NCBI GenBank assembly: GCA_964016885.1
Contig: CAXHJY010000020.1
Location: 1 to 64,000, forward strand
Length of the DNA: 64,000 nucleotides
Direction of reading: 5' to 3'
DNA from: Eledone cirrhosa
Taxonomy: Eukaryota
In this document: positions 43,953 to 60,125 of the stretch, in pieces
Position numbering within the stretch: position 1 is the first letter of the stretch
Layout: each line of letters begins with the position of its first letter
Notes under the pieces: model-generated
Told to the model about the DNA's origin: nothing
Databases searched by the model: none
Seen by the model: the letters and a program-made list of their open reading frames with translations, nothing else
Position numbers and translations under genes: made by a program

Positions 43953-44363
43953 CGTGGGCGCGCGCGTGTGTGTGTGTGTGTGTATATACATATATATATG
44001 TATGTATGTGTGTATGTATGAATAATATATTGCTCCACTTATCAACGTAATACATTCCTATTAGGAGAACATCTACCCAGCCTGTTTCCCCCCTCTCTCT
44101 GCTATCCTCCCCCCTTACTAATTTCACCCTCTATATTTTTCTCATTGTCTCTCACACTCTCTCCCTCACTGCAACATTCTCTCCGACACGCCATGTTGGA
44201 TCGCAATCTCTGACAGTGTGAGACGGTGAAGATGGGTTGGAGCAGTTGAATTATGACAGCCATCTTGATATCGAGCAGAGAAAATATAACATACACTTCA
44301 GTGATATCTACCTAGCACCTACATATATATACGTATATATATATATATATATACACGTATATA

Positions 44364-44424
<61 letters not shown>

Positions 44425-44426
44425 GA

Positions 44427-44498
<72 letters not shown>

Positions 44499-44534
44499 GA
44501 ATATATATATACATATATATACATATATATATAC

Positions 44535-44582
<48 letters not shown>

Positions 44583-45011
44583 TTATATATACATATATAC
44601 ATATATATATACATATATATATATATATACATATATATACATATATATATATACATATATATATACATTTATATATATATATACATATATATATACATAT
44701 ATATATATACATATATATACATATATATATACATATATATATATATACATATATATATACATATATATACATATATATATATACATATATATATATATAC
44801 ATATATATATACATGTACACATATATATACATATATATATGTACACATATATATATACATATATATATGTATACATGTATGCATATATATACATATATGT
44901 ATGTATGTGTATTATATAATCATTGGATTATATATTTAATCTCTTCTGACAGCAGCTAATGTTAATCATTTGTTTGACAATCTATGATATACATACTTAT
45001 ATACATACATA

Positions 45012-45130
<119 letters not shown>

Positions 45131-45451
45131 ATAAGTATGTATGTACAGTATGAATACATATATACATATATATATATGTGTGTATATATATGTACATATG
45201 CATAAAAAAGATATCTATTAGGTTAGAATGAGTGATTTATATTTGTCTTATTTACATCCCTATCTCAGTGTATCGGATCGAATCCAATCAATGCCATATA
45301 TCTAGAGAGACAAAAGTTTTAGGTGTTTCTTTTTGTATATATTTATTATTTTTACGAAGGGGGGTGGGATTTGTTTCCGTTTCTGAACATCGTATGGCAA
45401 CGTATTCAGGGAATTAATAGAACTGGATTGCATATATATATATATATATAT

Positions 45452-46003
<552 letters not shown>

Positions 46004-46004
46004 C

Positions 46005-46059
<55 letters not shown>

Positions 46060-46132
46060 TATATACATATATATATACATATATATATATACATATATAT
46101 ATACATATATATATATACACATATATACATAT

Positions 46133-46186
<54 letters not shown>

Positions 46187-46531
46187 TTCCCCTTTTCAAT
46201 ATAAAGCGTGAAACTAATAAGACTTTTAGTACTCCTGTTTTGTTTCCTTGTAATAAACGAAAGATATCATCATCATCGTTTAACGTCCATCTTCTACGCT
46301 AGCATGGGATAGACGTTTATGTTCCATTTGATGCGGGGATGGTCGGGAGACCATGTCTCTCTCGCACGGAAGATATATACTTTATATCATCTCTATTTCA
46401 TTATATATATTTCGAAGTTTTATGTATAACATAAACGAGAACATGTCCTCTTCAGATAAAATACATTGGAGATGTATGATTTTTCATGATATGCTTGTAG
46501 CCAACGAGCTGGACAGAGCGATGACCACCAA

Positions 46532-46571
<40 letters not shown>

Positions 46572-46619
46572 CGAGAGAGAAATTATAAAAATGAATTCAT
46601 AGGTCAGAGGTTTCTTGGG

Positions 46620-46970
46620 TATTTTAATGATAGGGGCCCCAGTCTTATCACGAAAAGCAATCTCATATGAAGTGTCTTCCTGAAGAACTCAACGTTTTAG
46701 CTGGTTCAGGAATCGAACCAACTACCTTATCATCGTAAGTGCAACACCTTAACCACTAAGCAACGCGTCATTATACTTAATGCTATAGTATTTTAGCTAA
46801 AAGGGAAAGTCGATTAACTTGACACTTGTATTTGACTGATATTTTATTTTATCGAATCCGGATGGATAAAATGCAAAGTTGACCTCGGCAAGATTCGAAC
46901 TCAGAACTTTAGAAAGTCGTACCGGAATACCGCAAAACCTTTCCTTCGACGCTCTACCGACACTATCAAT
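46620..46970 (-). mobile_element. Two old SINE fragments
   Basis: GGAATCGAACC...CTTAACCACTAAGC (tRNA head) and GCAAAGTTGACCTCGGC..ATTCGAACTCAG. Confidence 0.6.
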
Positions 46971-47254
46971 ACATCAACCTACACCGTAATTAATGCAATT
47001 TTAAGCAGGTATGTTACTATCTTAGTAATGAAGTAATTCATCTTTTTTAGTAAATACTTCCAATTTCTGTATTAATTAATTAAAATAGTGTGTATTTCAT
47101 TAGAAATACCGCCACGAGTGTGATAACATTTCTGATTCTGATTGCATGGCGACAAAAACCGGCTTGGTTTCCACGAAACAATAATTACACAGGGTGTTGC
47201 GTTGATTGAACAGCTGGAACACAGGTCGTTGGAACCGACGGAGGCCCAAATCAC

Positions 47255-47329
<75 letters not shown>

Positions 47330-47585
47330 GTTTTACTTGCTTAACAAGTCTGATAAACAGACTGGAGCTGGACTTCTACGAGACTAGAACTGTTTCATTC
47401 TACCGATGTATTGACTACCCTTTTAACTGTGTAAACCCCCCGACACAACTCTGGAATCTACATAGTATATATATATATATATGCGTGTGTGTGTGTGTAA
47501 AAGGTAAATAGAAATAACAACACAATCGGTACAGTATATGGAAGGGATATATTAGGTTAACGCTTGATATAGCAGGAAGAGGGTC

Positions 47586-47616
<31 letters not shown>

Positions 47617-47893
47617 GGAATTGCAAATAGCACGGAAAATATATTTAAGCATCTGTTGTTCTTTTTTTCTTCTTTGATTCGTCAAAGAGACATTATTAAA
47701 AAAATGAGAGGGATAATTCTTTTAAATAAAAAGGGTTTTATAATGAATATAAAATATAACCGGTTTCGATGTATCAGTGAAATCCATCTTATCAAATGTT
47801 GAGTATTACAATTAAAAAGAATTAAAAATTAATGATTTAAAATTAAATGTTGAGGCAGGTTTGTTCATCTTTCGCGTTGAGAAGAACACTGGA

Positions 47894-47941
<48 letters not shown>

Positions 47942-48052
47942 CCCACTCTCACTAAGAGTGAACCTAATACCTTTCGTAAATTGTACTCCTGTGTTGTTGT
48001 TTTTTTACTTTTCTATATATATATATATATATATACATATATATAAATATAC

Positions 48053-48448
<396 letters not shown>

Positions 48449-48615
48449 TATATATATATAAATATATATATATACATATATATAAATATATATATAAATA
48501 TATATATATATATACATATATATAAATATAAATATATATATATATAAATATATATATAAATATATATATACATATATAAATGTATATATATACATATATA
48601 AATATATATATATAC

Positions 48616-48660
<45 letters not shown>

Positions 48661-48677
48661 TATACATATATATATAA

Positions 48678-48776
<99 letters not shown>

Positions 48777-48817
48777 CATATATACTTGTGTGTGTCTGTC
48801 TGTGTATCATTCTGTAT

Positions 48818-48903
<86 letters not shown>

Positions 48904-48910
48904 TATATAC

Positions 48911-48973
<63 letters not shown>

Positions 48974-48995
48974 CATATATATATATATACTATAC

Positions 48996-49044
<49 letters not shown>

Positions 49045-49045
49045 C

Positions 49046-49077
<32 letters not shown>

Positions 49078-49082
49078 GTATA

Positions 49083-49177
<95 letters not shown>

Positions 49178-49478
49178 TACAGAATGATACACAGACAGAC
49201 ACACACAAGTGTTTATCGTTGGCAAAGGTCAGCCATGTTCGATAAAAATAAAATCAGGTGGCATCGAGTGTTATTGATTTGTCGGTTCCCCTCTGATGTT
49301 TATCACTGTAACAATCAATGTTAATTAACACCCTAGTGTGTCCTTATCTCTGCTGCTGTTGGTGATGCTGGTGTTGCTGGTGGAGCCGTGTGTACACACC
49401 ACTCTCAACCAGGGTTGTCTGGTGGCGGAACTTATTCATCTATGGATAAGTCACACTCAGCCACCCCTGCGTGAGAGT

Positions 49479-49513
<35 letters not shown>

Positions 49514-49684
49514 TATCATATCATATATATATCATATATATATCATATCATATATATATCATATATATATATCATATCATATATATATCATATATATATT
49601 ATATATATATATATATCATATATATATTATATATATATATATATATATCATATATATATTATATATATATATATATATATCATA

Positions 49685-49743
<59 letters not shown>

Positions 49744-49839
49744 ATCATATATATATTATATATATATATATATCAAATATATATATATCATATATATATT
49801 ATATATATATATATATCAAATATATATATATCATATATA

Positions 49840-49875
<36 letters not shown>

Positions 49876-49895
49876 TATATATATTATATATATAT

Positions 49896-49926
<31 letters not shown>

Positions 49927-51077
49927 CTATATATAATGTATATATGTATATATATATATATATATGATACATATACACACACAGAGAGAGACGCACAGAC
50001 ACACACACACAGAGACACGCACAGACACACACACATATATATATACTATCATTGCCCACCCCCAATGTTTTACTATCACTTTATCCTAATACGTTAATCT
50101 TCACACAAACCACCATTCCTTTATTCTACTTACGCCCCATTAGTTCCATTCCTCTTAATTCTATTCCTATTAGTTCTATTCATATAAACCACTATTCTCA
50201 CACACCACTTACATTCCTTTAATCTTAATCTGTGAATCCACACACAAGCCATCTGCTGATACACTCACACATATACACACACGCTCACACACACACACAC
50301 GCATACATACACACACTCTCTCTCTTACACATGCGGACAAAATCACACACACACATGAACAGATGCACACATACACACTCTTTCTATTACACACTTACAG
50401 ACATATTCACACACACACACACACACACACAAACATACACACACACACACACACACACCCTCTCTCTCTCTCTCTCTTACACACACACACACGCTCCTAC
50501 ACACACGTACACGCAAATGTTTGACCTCCACCAATTCCAATGATGACTGTTCCAGTTGATGAGATTAACGGAAAAAAATACCTGCTCCAGAAATTAACGT
50601 GCATGCAGCTGATAATTCCACAGACACGTGGACCCTTTACGTAATTCTCAGGGAGATTCGGCATGACAGTGTGCGTGTGTATGTGACAAGGCTGGTCTTT
50701 TGAATTACAAGTAAAAGCCATTCTTTCCCAGCTAATTGTACTGGTGGAACACGAATTAAAGTGTATTGCTCGTAATCTTAGGAAAATAGCTGTGGGCACA
50801 GCTTAGAAAACCGGGTTCACAGCTATCTTCCGGTCCGAAATGTCAAGCCCTCCTCCATTTCCTCTAAGCGTGAACCTAATATAGCTGTGTATTTTTTGCA
50901 GAGAGAGTGAGAAGGGAGAGAGAGAGTGTGTGTGTGTGTGAGAGAGAGAGAAATTGGTTGGGGGTCACCAAATTAGTGTAGTAAGACTATTGTTCAGTAA
51001 AGTACTCAATACTTGGGAAAGTAATGTAGACATTGTAAAAAAAAGTTACTCTTTACAATATATTCATATATAACGAT

Positions 51078-51110
<33 letters not shown>

Positions 51111-51458
51111 TATCGTTATTTCGTGTTAATTAATCGCTGATTAGTTTCGCAGTCGAGAACACCAACCCAATTAGGATTAGATTCTAAGACATGACAGTAG
51201 CACACGAGTCACTGTATATTTCACAAAATCCCATCATATTCGGATAATGTAAAGCATATTTGCTGAATCATCATTATCCCTTCTAGAGTATTTTCTCTCG
51301 TCCTGTCTATACATGTCATACCTTGTTACCGTGTGAACTCGGGTCCCCGTTGACAGCCCACTGGCATTAAAAAAATCCATTTGTGGATTCAACTGTTTCT
51401 TCATTTAGTCGGGTTCGTAGCGGATATTTTGGATTAGAATGGTGCATATTATTTTTTA

Positions 51459-51808
51459 TTGGCAGTATCGGTAGAGGGTCCCGCGCTATGCTTTGCAACA
51501 TAGAGTTTCGACCCTTTACGTTCCGAGTTCAAATTCCGCCGAGGTTAGCTTTGCTTTTCAACCTTAAGGGGTCGATAAAATAAAGTACCAGTACTGCATT
51601 GGGATAATTGCTGGCCTTGTGCCAAAAGTAGAAACAATTATTTTTTATTTCATTACGTTCTGAGTTCAAATCCCGCTGAGGTTAGCTTTGCCTTTCATCC
51701 ATACGAACTCGACAAAATAAGGCACCAGTAATGCACTGGAGTCGATTTAATCGACTTTCCCCTCCCGCCAAATTGCTGGCCCTGTGCCATTAGCAGAAAT
51801 CATTATTT
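51459..51808 (+). mobile_element. Two adjacent SINE copies (short 51459-51640; long truncated 51655-51808)
   Basis: Core twice. Confidence 0.88.
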
Positions 51809-52133
51809 TTTATTTCATTATGTAAATTTTTAGTCTACGTGACATTGGCTTTTTGTCGTGTGGCTCACTCGGTATCTTGACTGTTAAACGTATGCGGTGT
51901 TTGATTTTCTGGGTAAGTAAACCTAATGTATTTTCAAAGACGGAAGTTGGCAGAGTTAGATCCCATGATTCCATTTCCTCCAGGGACAAGTTTAGTTTTC
52001 CAGGCAGCCATAAGTGTCTAAATATATTGAGAAGACGCATCTAGAAAATTGAGATGAGTTGTTTTGTTATTAATTTTTAACTAATTTTATTTTATTTCGA
52101 GTATTTTGGATAATTTCGATTAATCGTTTAAGA

Positions 52134-52275
52134 TACGAGGGCCAGTCACAAAGTAACGCCTTTATTTATCATAGCAAGCTCATTTTTTTTATAGAATGAG
52201 TTGGAATTTGGCACAAAGGTAAAGGTACATATCTTCTTGAGAATAGAATATTTAATTTTGTTTTTCAGATTTGTA
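52134..52275. mobile_element. Mariner-like terminal fragment
   Basis: TACGAGGGCCAGTCACAAAGTAACGCC resembles a mariner TIR; partner TIR not found. Confidence 0.4.
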
Positions 52276-52573
52276 TGAGTGACTTGGTTGATTTTAAACC
52301 TTTAATTCATTTATATATTTATTTCATGTATACTTTTATTTTCAGTAATTTATCTAGATAACAGATAATTGTATAAATAACATTACAAATTATTTATAAT
52401 TCTTACAGAATGAAAATATACACTCAAATAATATATATAATACTTGATTACATAAGTATTTCACATAAATATATAAAATCAAAACGAGAGAAAATATTAA
52501 TTCAGCACTAGGTAATGTGTGTCGAACATCGCAAGGGGCGCCAGAGCCTCTCCTTAATTTGTTTATTTTAAAC

Positions 52574-52878
52574 CATTGTTTCTTAACCTAAGGTGCCGAC
52601 AGTACCAAGGGGTGCGAGATTCAGTTCTTGGGGTGCACAGAAGAAGCAAGAACAGAAGTAACATTAAAGATTAAAATATTTTGATTGGATATTTTCTGTT
52701 TCTTATTAAAATTTGTATTTATTAATTACAGAAGTTAATTAATTAAATTGTAGCAGCTAAGTAGCTGATAATTTGACCTGGAAATTTAGATTCTTTTGTT
52801 TTATATGGTAGGCCCAGGGGTGCAGGATGGAATTTCAAAATCTCAAAGGGTGCTATAGAAAACGGTTAAGAACCACTG
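52574..52878. mobile_element. hAT (Charlie-type) MITE, 305 bp
   Basis: TIRs CATTGTTTCTTAACC / GGTTAAGAACCACTG; exact 8-bp TSD TTTTAAAC (52566-52573, 52879-52886); subterminal GGGTGC repeats. Confidence 0.9.
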
Positions 52879-53035
52879 TTTTAAACGGGGACAAGAAAAC
52901 AAATGAAACAAAGTAGAACGAAAAACAATTTTTTAAGGACAAACCTGAACAAATTATTTAAAAAAATAAAAGTACAAACAAAAGATCCAGAACTCCAGAT
53001 AATATATTTAATATATATAGGTATTAGAGTTGCAA

Positions 53036-53068
<33 letters not shown>

Positions 53069-53694
53069 TATATGGAAAAGAATTATGATTTTGCAATTTG
53101 GTTTTATAGATCTAGTAAGTTTTTTATTATCTTCGGTGGGGAGATTTTTGAAAGATTCCTAGTTTTGCTGGATTCCAACTTTGTTGGAGAATTTTCTCGC
53201 ATATATATATTGTTATATATACATGTGTGTTTATATATATATATATATATAAAACAGTATGATTCAAGGAATATGTGTCGTTTAGAATGTAACCAAACTA
53301 ATGAGACCTACATAGGCTGGAATGTCGATCGTTCTATTGTTAGACACACACATAAGGCTACATTTTGTTGACACAGTGTGGCGATATCACAGTGTGTCAT
53401 TGTATGTGTGTATGACTATACTATTGTGTGTGAGAGTATGTGGTGTGTGTGTAAATGTGTGTGTGTGTCCATGATAATGTAAGTGTGTGTCTTACTGTAT
53501 GTTTCTATGTTAATGTGTCTGTGTACGTGTGATTGTGTATGTTCCTCTCTGTGTGTATGTATCTGTATGTGTGTGTGAGTGTATGATATTGTGTATATAT
53601 ATGTCTGTGAATATTTGAGTGGGTTTGTCACTGTGTGTGTGTACGTGTATATAGGAGTGAGGGAGTATGTTATTGCGTGTGTCTATGATATTAT

Positions 53695-54273
53695 GTATAT
53701 GTTACTTTGCGATTGTATGTGTGAGTGAGTATGTTACTATGTGTGTATGTGTATGTTACTGTGTGTGTATGTGTATGTTACTGTGTGTATATGTATGTTA
53801 CTGTGTGTGTATATGTATGTTACTGTGTGTGTATGTGTATGTTACTGTGTGTGTATGGGTATGTTACTATGTGTGTATGTGTATGTTACTGTATGTGTAT
53901 GTTACTGTGTGTGTGTATATGTATGTTACTGTGTGTGTATGGGTATGTTACTGTGTGTGTATATGTATGTCACTGTGTGTGTGTATGTTACTGTGTGTGT
54001 ATGTATATGTTACTGTGTGTGTATGTGTATGTTACTGTGTGTGTATGTATATGTTACTGTGTGTGTATGTGTATGTTACTGTGTGTGTATGGGTATGTTA
54101 CTGTGTGTGTATGTGTATGTTACTGTGTGTGTATGGGTATGTTACTGCGTGTGTATGTTACTGTGTGTATATGTATGTCACTGCGTGTGTGTGTGTGTGT
54201 GTGCATGTTACTGTGTGTGTATGTATATGTTACTGTGTGAGTATGCATATGATACTGTGTGTGTGTGTGTTAC

Positions 54274-54304
<31 letters not shown>

Positions 54305-54320
54305 TACTGTGTGTGTGTGT
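53695..54320. repeat. Compound minisatellite GTATGTTACT(GT)n
   Basis: ATGTTACT recurs more than 20 times at ~16-24 bp spacing. Confidence 0.9.
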
Positions 54321-54416
54321 GTGTGTGTGTGTATGTCTCTTTATCACCTAACAGCTATAGGGACAGTTGGGCCATGACAGGAAAGAAATCAATATATTGG
54401 TTCATCACCATGTAAA

Positions 54417-54456
<40 letters not shown>

Positions 54457-54576
54457 ACACACACACACACACATATATATACATACATACATGTGTGTGT
54501 GTACGCATAAGTGCATAAATTGATGTATATATAAACAGTAAATGACCAAACGCAAGAGCGAGGCAACAGTTCTATG

Positions 54577-54627
<51 letters not shown>

Positions 54628-54844
54628 CTGTACATATATGTATATGTGTGTACGTATATATATATATATATATATATATTGTTACATATATATATATATA
54701 TACATGTATGAATATATATATGTATGTAAATGTTTGTAAGTATATATATGTATAAGTATGTATGTATGTATTTATGTGTGTATATATATATATATACACT
54801 TCCACAGCATTCTAATCAAAGTGTTATACATTTTTTGGGGACAC

Positions 54845-54886
<42 letters not shown>

Positions 54887-55096
54887 ATATATATATATAT
54901 ATACATACATACACACACACGTGTGTGTGTGTATGTATATATATATATACGCACGAACGCTAAAGATGACCAGAAAGAGCAAAACAACAATTCCAGGACA
55001 TAAACACGATTCAAGGTTGCCAAGTGAAGGAACTTTTGTTGGTAGCCATTGTTATTGTTGTTATAGCTGTTGATGTCGTTGTTGCCTGTCGCAACA

Positions 55097-55422
55097 ACTG
55101 TTTCTACTTTTGGCTCAAGGCCAGCAATTTGAAAGGAAGGTGAAAGACGTCTGAATCGACCCAGTGTGTTACTGGTACTTTATTTTATCGACCCCGTTAG
55201 GATGTAAGGTAAAGCTAATGTCGGCGGGATTTGCACTCAGAACGTAAAGGGACGTGCATGTTGTTCGAGGCTCTACCGGTTATGCCAATCCACCGCGTTT
55301 AAATGGTTTCTGAATTAGGCAAGGCCAGACATTTTGGGAGTGGGGAAGTCGAATAAATCGAGCCCAGTGCGTTACTGGTACTTTATTTTATCAACCCTGT
55401 AAGTATGAAAGGCAAAGCTAAC
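55097..55422 (-). mobile_element. Two adjacent SINE copies
   Basis: Core twice. Confidence 0.85.
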
Positions 55423-55547
55423 TATATCTATATATCCATATATCTATCTATCTCTATCTGCCTGTCTCTCCCCTTCTCTAGAGTTCTTATAATGGAATAG
55501 TCCAGTATTAATTTTTGGTAAGGTATGAAAAGCTCAACGCGCACTTC

Positions 55548-55607
<60 letters not shown>

Positions 55608-55699
55608 CCTACTATATCAAGCGTAAAACTAATAATATATTTCTTCATTGTATTGTGTCGTTTACTTTATTTGTTTGGCTTTTGCATACACACACATAC

Positions 55700-55739
<40 letters not shown>

Positions 55740-56099
55740 GCATACATATACATCTGTATACATACAAACATAACATACAAATATGTGTGTATGAAAGTAT
55801 TTCATGTATTTTGTATTTTAGCTTATTAAGAAAATGTGTTGAGGGCGTCTTCTGTTAGGTAACTCTATCTGGCTGTAGTTGTTTTTACATAAGACCTTAA
55901 GAGTTTCCGTTTCTTACTACATCAAAAGAAAATTTCTTTTCTTTCTCCTCTTTTCCCATAACTCTTGATAGCGTCGTGGGGCGCCATATTGTTATATGGT
56001 GTTTCTAGGGCATTTTATTTTAACCTGGCGAAGCTCGTCTTCTCTTCAGGTCTGAATACACCAGATTTCTTCAAGAGTAGGATAGAGAGTGAGAGAATG

Positions 56100-56272
56100 A
56101 AAGAGGGAAGAATCAACCGCAGTACTCGGCTAGTACTTTTTTTAATCGACTTCGAATGGATGAAAGGCAAAGTTGACCTCTGCGGAATTTGAACTCAGAG
56201 AGCAGAGACCCGTAACAAATACCACAAAACATTCTATCCGACGTTCTAATGACTCTGCCAATTCGCCGCCTT
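56100..56272 (-). mobile_element. Older SINE copy
   Basis: GGATGAAAGGCAAAGTTGACCTC...TTTGAACTCAG...CTGCCAATTCGCCGCC. Confidence 0.75.
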
Positions 56273-56289
56273 CAAAAGGTAATTAGGTA

Positions 56290-57170
56290 CATTTTTGAAA
56301 AACAAAAACTTAACAAAGGTTCTTATATAAATATGATGGAAAAGATATTGTCATTTATTTTAAAACTATTTTGGAAATATTCAAGAAATTGGAAGTATTT
56401 ATTGGAATATTATTCACTTTCTCATTATTAAGTTGGTGTTCAGAGGGCGATGGGTTGGCATAATCGGTAGATCGTCGGTCAACATTTTTTGTAGCATAGT
56501 AACGCCACTTATGTTTTGAGTTCAGATTCTGCCGAGGTTAGCTTTGCTTTTCATCCTTATAGGGTCAATAAAATAAAGTACCAGTAATGCATTAGGCTCG
56601 ATTCAATGGACCCTCCCCACAAAGAAAAAAAAAATTGTTGACCTTGTACCTAAATCAGAAACCATTAGTAAGTTGGCGTTTGGAACGAAACTTAAGAAAG
56701 GTTCTTACATAATATTATAATGTAAAGTTTATATTTATGATTTTAAAATAATTTTGAAGATATTCAAGAAGCTGGAGGAATTTGGTATGCCCTAACAAAC
56801 TTTCTCATTATTAAGTTGGTGTGGATTGGCAGTATCGGTAGAGCATCAGACGCCATGCGTTTCAGCACAGAGTTATGGCCCTTTACATTCTGAGTTCAAA
56901 TCCCGCTGAGGTTAACTTTTCCTTCCATCTTTACGGGGTCGATAAAATAAACTACCAGTAATACACTGGGGGTAATTGCTGGCCTTGTGCCAAAAATAGA
57001 AACAGTTATTAAGTTGGTGTTTGGAACGTAACTTAACAAAGGTTCTTACATAATATTATTGTGTAAAAGACATTGCAAATTAGTTTAGAATAATTTTGGA
57101 AATATTCAAGAATTTGGAGGGATTTAGTGCAATATAACTAAGTTTCTCACTAATACGATGGTGTTTGGAA
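56290..57170 (+). repeat. Three ~150-bp tandem units separated by two SINEs (56443-56666, 56821-57008)
   Basis: AACTTAA(C/G)AAAGGTTCTTA...ATATTCAAGAA...TTTCTCA repeats three times. Confidence 0.85.
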
Positions 57171-57423
57171 CATCATCATCATCAGCAACACCATCAGCAT
57201 CAGCATCATCATCATCATCACCATCATCAAAGTCATCATCGTCGTCATTATCATCATCAACATCATCACCCTCCTCCTCCTCCTCCTCCTCCTCATCCTC
57301 ATTATCATTGTTATCATCATCATCGTCGTTCTCATCATCATCATCGCCATCATCATTATCATCATCATAGTTATCATCATCATCATCACCACCATCATCA
57401 TCATCATACCCACCACCACCATC

Positions 57424-57455
<32 letters not shown>

Positions 57456-57486
57456 TATCACCACCACCATCACCACCACCATCACC

Positions 57487-57520
<34 letters not shown>

Positions 57521-58568
57521 TTATCACCACCATTAGTTTCACCATCGTAGATATTGTTACACTATTGAAATATTGCCAAACTAATGTCCCACTGTGTTCC
57601 ATCGACCGCTCTTCTTCCATCCCATCACACCTCCCCCATCACCCCTCCACCTCCACTTCACCCCTCCACCACCGCTCCTCCACACCCTCCACATCTACCG
57701 CTCCTCCACACCCTCCCCCTTCACCATTCCCTTCTACCCTCTCCAACACAACACCCACATCAACACCCTACACCTCCAACCCACCTCATCCGCCACCATC
57801 ACTATCCACATTCCCCTCCAGTCCACCTCCGCTACCACTCACCTCCACTCCAGCTCCGCTACCACTCACCTCCACTCCAGCTCCGCTACCTCTCTCCTCC
57901 TCTACCTTCACTACACCTCCGCTACCACTCACCTCCACTCCAGCTCCGCTACCTCTCTCCTCCTCTCCACATCTACCTTCACTACACCTACGCTACCACT
58001 CACCTCCACTCCAGCTCCGCTACCTCTCTCCTCCTCTCCACATCTACCTTCACTACACCCCAGCTACCACTCACCTCCACCTCCCCTACCACTCACCTCC
58101 ACTCCATCCACCTTCACCCCCCAGCTTCACTATCCCTCACCTTCAAGCCACCCCATCCTCTATCACCCCTCCACATCTACCTTCACCACACCCCACCTCC
58201 ACGTCCACTCCCATCCCATCAACCCGCCACATCCACCCTCTCTTTCACCTCAGCTACAACTCACCTCCATGCCACTCCATCCTCTATCACATCTCCACCT
58301 CCACCACATTTATCCCACCCACCCTCCACCCTCACTTCCCCAACCTCCCTAGTGTGATATTCAAAAACACCCTGGTATTAATATCAGACATACCTATATG
58401 GTTCAATGATTAAACCGGGGCGCGTGTGTATCAGCGTGCATATATATATATGTGTGTGTGTGTGTATAAGTTGGTGTAGATATATATATATGTATATACG
58501 TAGGTACGTACATATGTACGTATGTATGCATGTATGTATGTATTATTAGTTATTTGTTTATTTATATA

Positions 58569-58776
58569 GGGCGGTGGATTGCCAAGGACGGTGAATTGGC
58601 AGTATCGGTAGAGAGTCGGACGCCATGCTTTGACGCATAGAGTTACGGCCCTTGACATTCTGAGTTCAAATCCCGCCGATGTTAACTTTGCCTTTCATCC
58701 TTACGGGGTTGATAAAATAAAGTACCAGTAATACACTGGATAATTGCTGGCCTTGTGCCAAAAGTAGAAACAATTA

Positions 58777-58778
<2 letters not shown>
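58569..58778 (+). mobile_element. tRNA-headed SINE, full length with duplicated 5' end
   Basis: GGCGGTGGATTGCC..GACGGTGAATTGGCAGTATCGGTAG, core and tail. Confidence 0.9.
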
Positions 58779-58827
<49 letters not shown>

Positions 58828-59589
58828 GGGTGTCCCCCAAAATGTATACACATATTTATTAGAATGCTGTTGAAATGTGTATACATCTTTTTGGGACACA
58901 CACATATATAAGAGGGTGTTGTGGTTTGCTTGAAACGTTATGTAAGAGTACATAATAGTGTTTTTATTAGAAGGCCAGCATAAGAACGACAAGATATCCT
59001 GCTCCGAATTTTTTCCTCAACTCTCCTTTTGATAAAGGGATTTTACCCCGAAATATTAAGAATTATTAAACAACTACATAGTAATATATCTTCACACAGA
59101 TACACACACATACGCAGATGCACGACCTCATATACAGATGCACACACTCACACACATACATACACCCACCCACATACATACACACACACATGCATACACA
59201 CACATGCATACACACATACATACACACACGTAACTCTACATATATACTTCCACACTCACACACATATCCACATATATTTCTACTCACACATCCACACATA
59301 ACTCCACACAAACTCATATGTCCACAGACGCTCACACACGCATACATAAGCACATATATACACACACGTACCTCTACATATATACTTACACACACACACA
59401 AACACATTCATACGCACACACGCACATATTCACATATATTTCTACTCACACATCTCCACACAAAATCATATATCCACAGACACTCATACATACACATACC
59501 ACTACGCACATGCTTCCACAGCCGCACATACATACCTACACACACATCTGTACTCACACATACACTCACATCAACACACATACACTCTC

Positions 59590-60125
59590 CTCTACACACG
59601 TACACCCTCCTCTACATACATACACAGACATACACTCTCCTCTACATACATACACAGACATACACTCTCCTCTACATACATACAGACATACACCCTCCTC
59701 TATACACACCCAGACATACACCCTCCTATATACACAGACATACACTCTCTACACACACCCAGACATACACCCTCCTTTACACACACACAGACATACGCCC
59801 TCTACACACACACAGACATACGCCCTCCTCTACACACATCCAGACATACATCCTCCTCTACACACACCCAGACATACACCCTTCTCTACACACACACAGA
59901 CATACGCCCTCCTCTACACATACCCAGACATATACCCTCCTCTACACACACCCAGACATACACCCTTCTCTACACACACTCAGACATACACCCTCCTCTA
60001 CAAATACCCAGCCATACACCCAGACATACACCCTCTACACACACCCAGACATACACCCTCCTCTACACACACACAGACATACACCCTCCTCTAGACATAC
60101 CCAGACATACACTCCCCTCTACATA
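59590..60125. repeat. ~22-26 bp minisatellite CAGACATACACCCTCCTCTACACACAC
   Basis: CAGACATAC recurs ~20 times. Confidence 0.9.

Noticed and set aside
44165-44310. Possible minus-strand exon ([11 protein letters not shown]...GVSERML, donor GTGAG)
   Set aside because: In-frame TGA upstream and no good acceptor; no SECIS evidence
51810-52040. Possible exon (minus strand after TTTTCTAG, or plus strand ending at TGG|GTAAGT)
   Set aside because: Two conflicting interpretations and no recognisable protein; needs RNA-seq or BLASTX
58569-58680. tRNA gene
   Set aside because: A/B boxes belong to a SINE head; no cloverleaf
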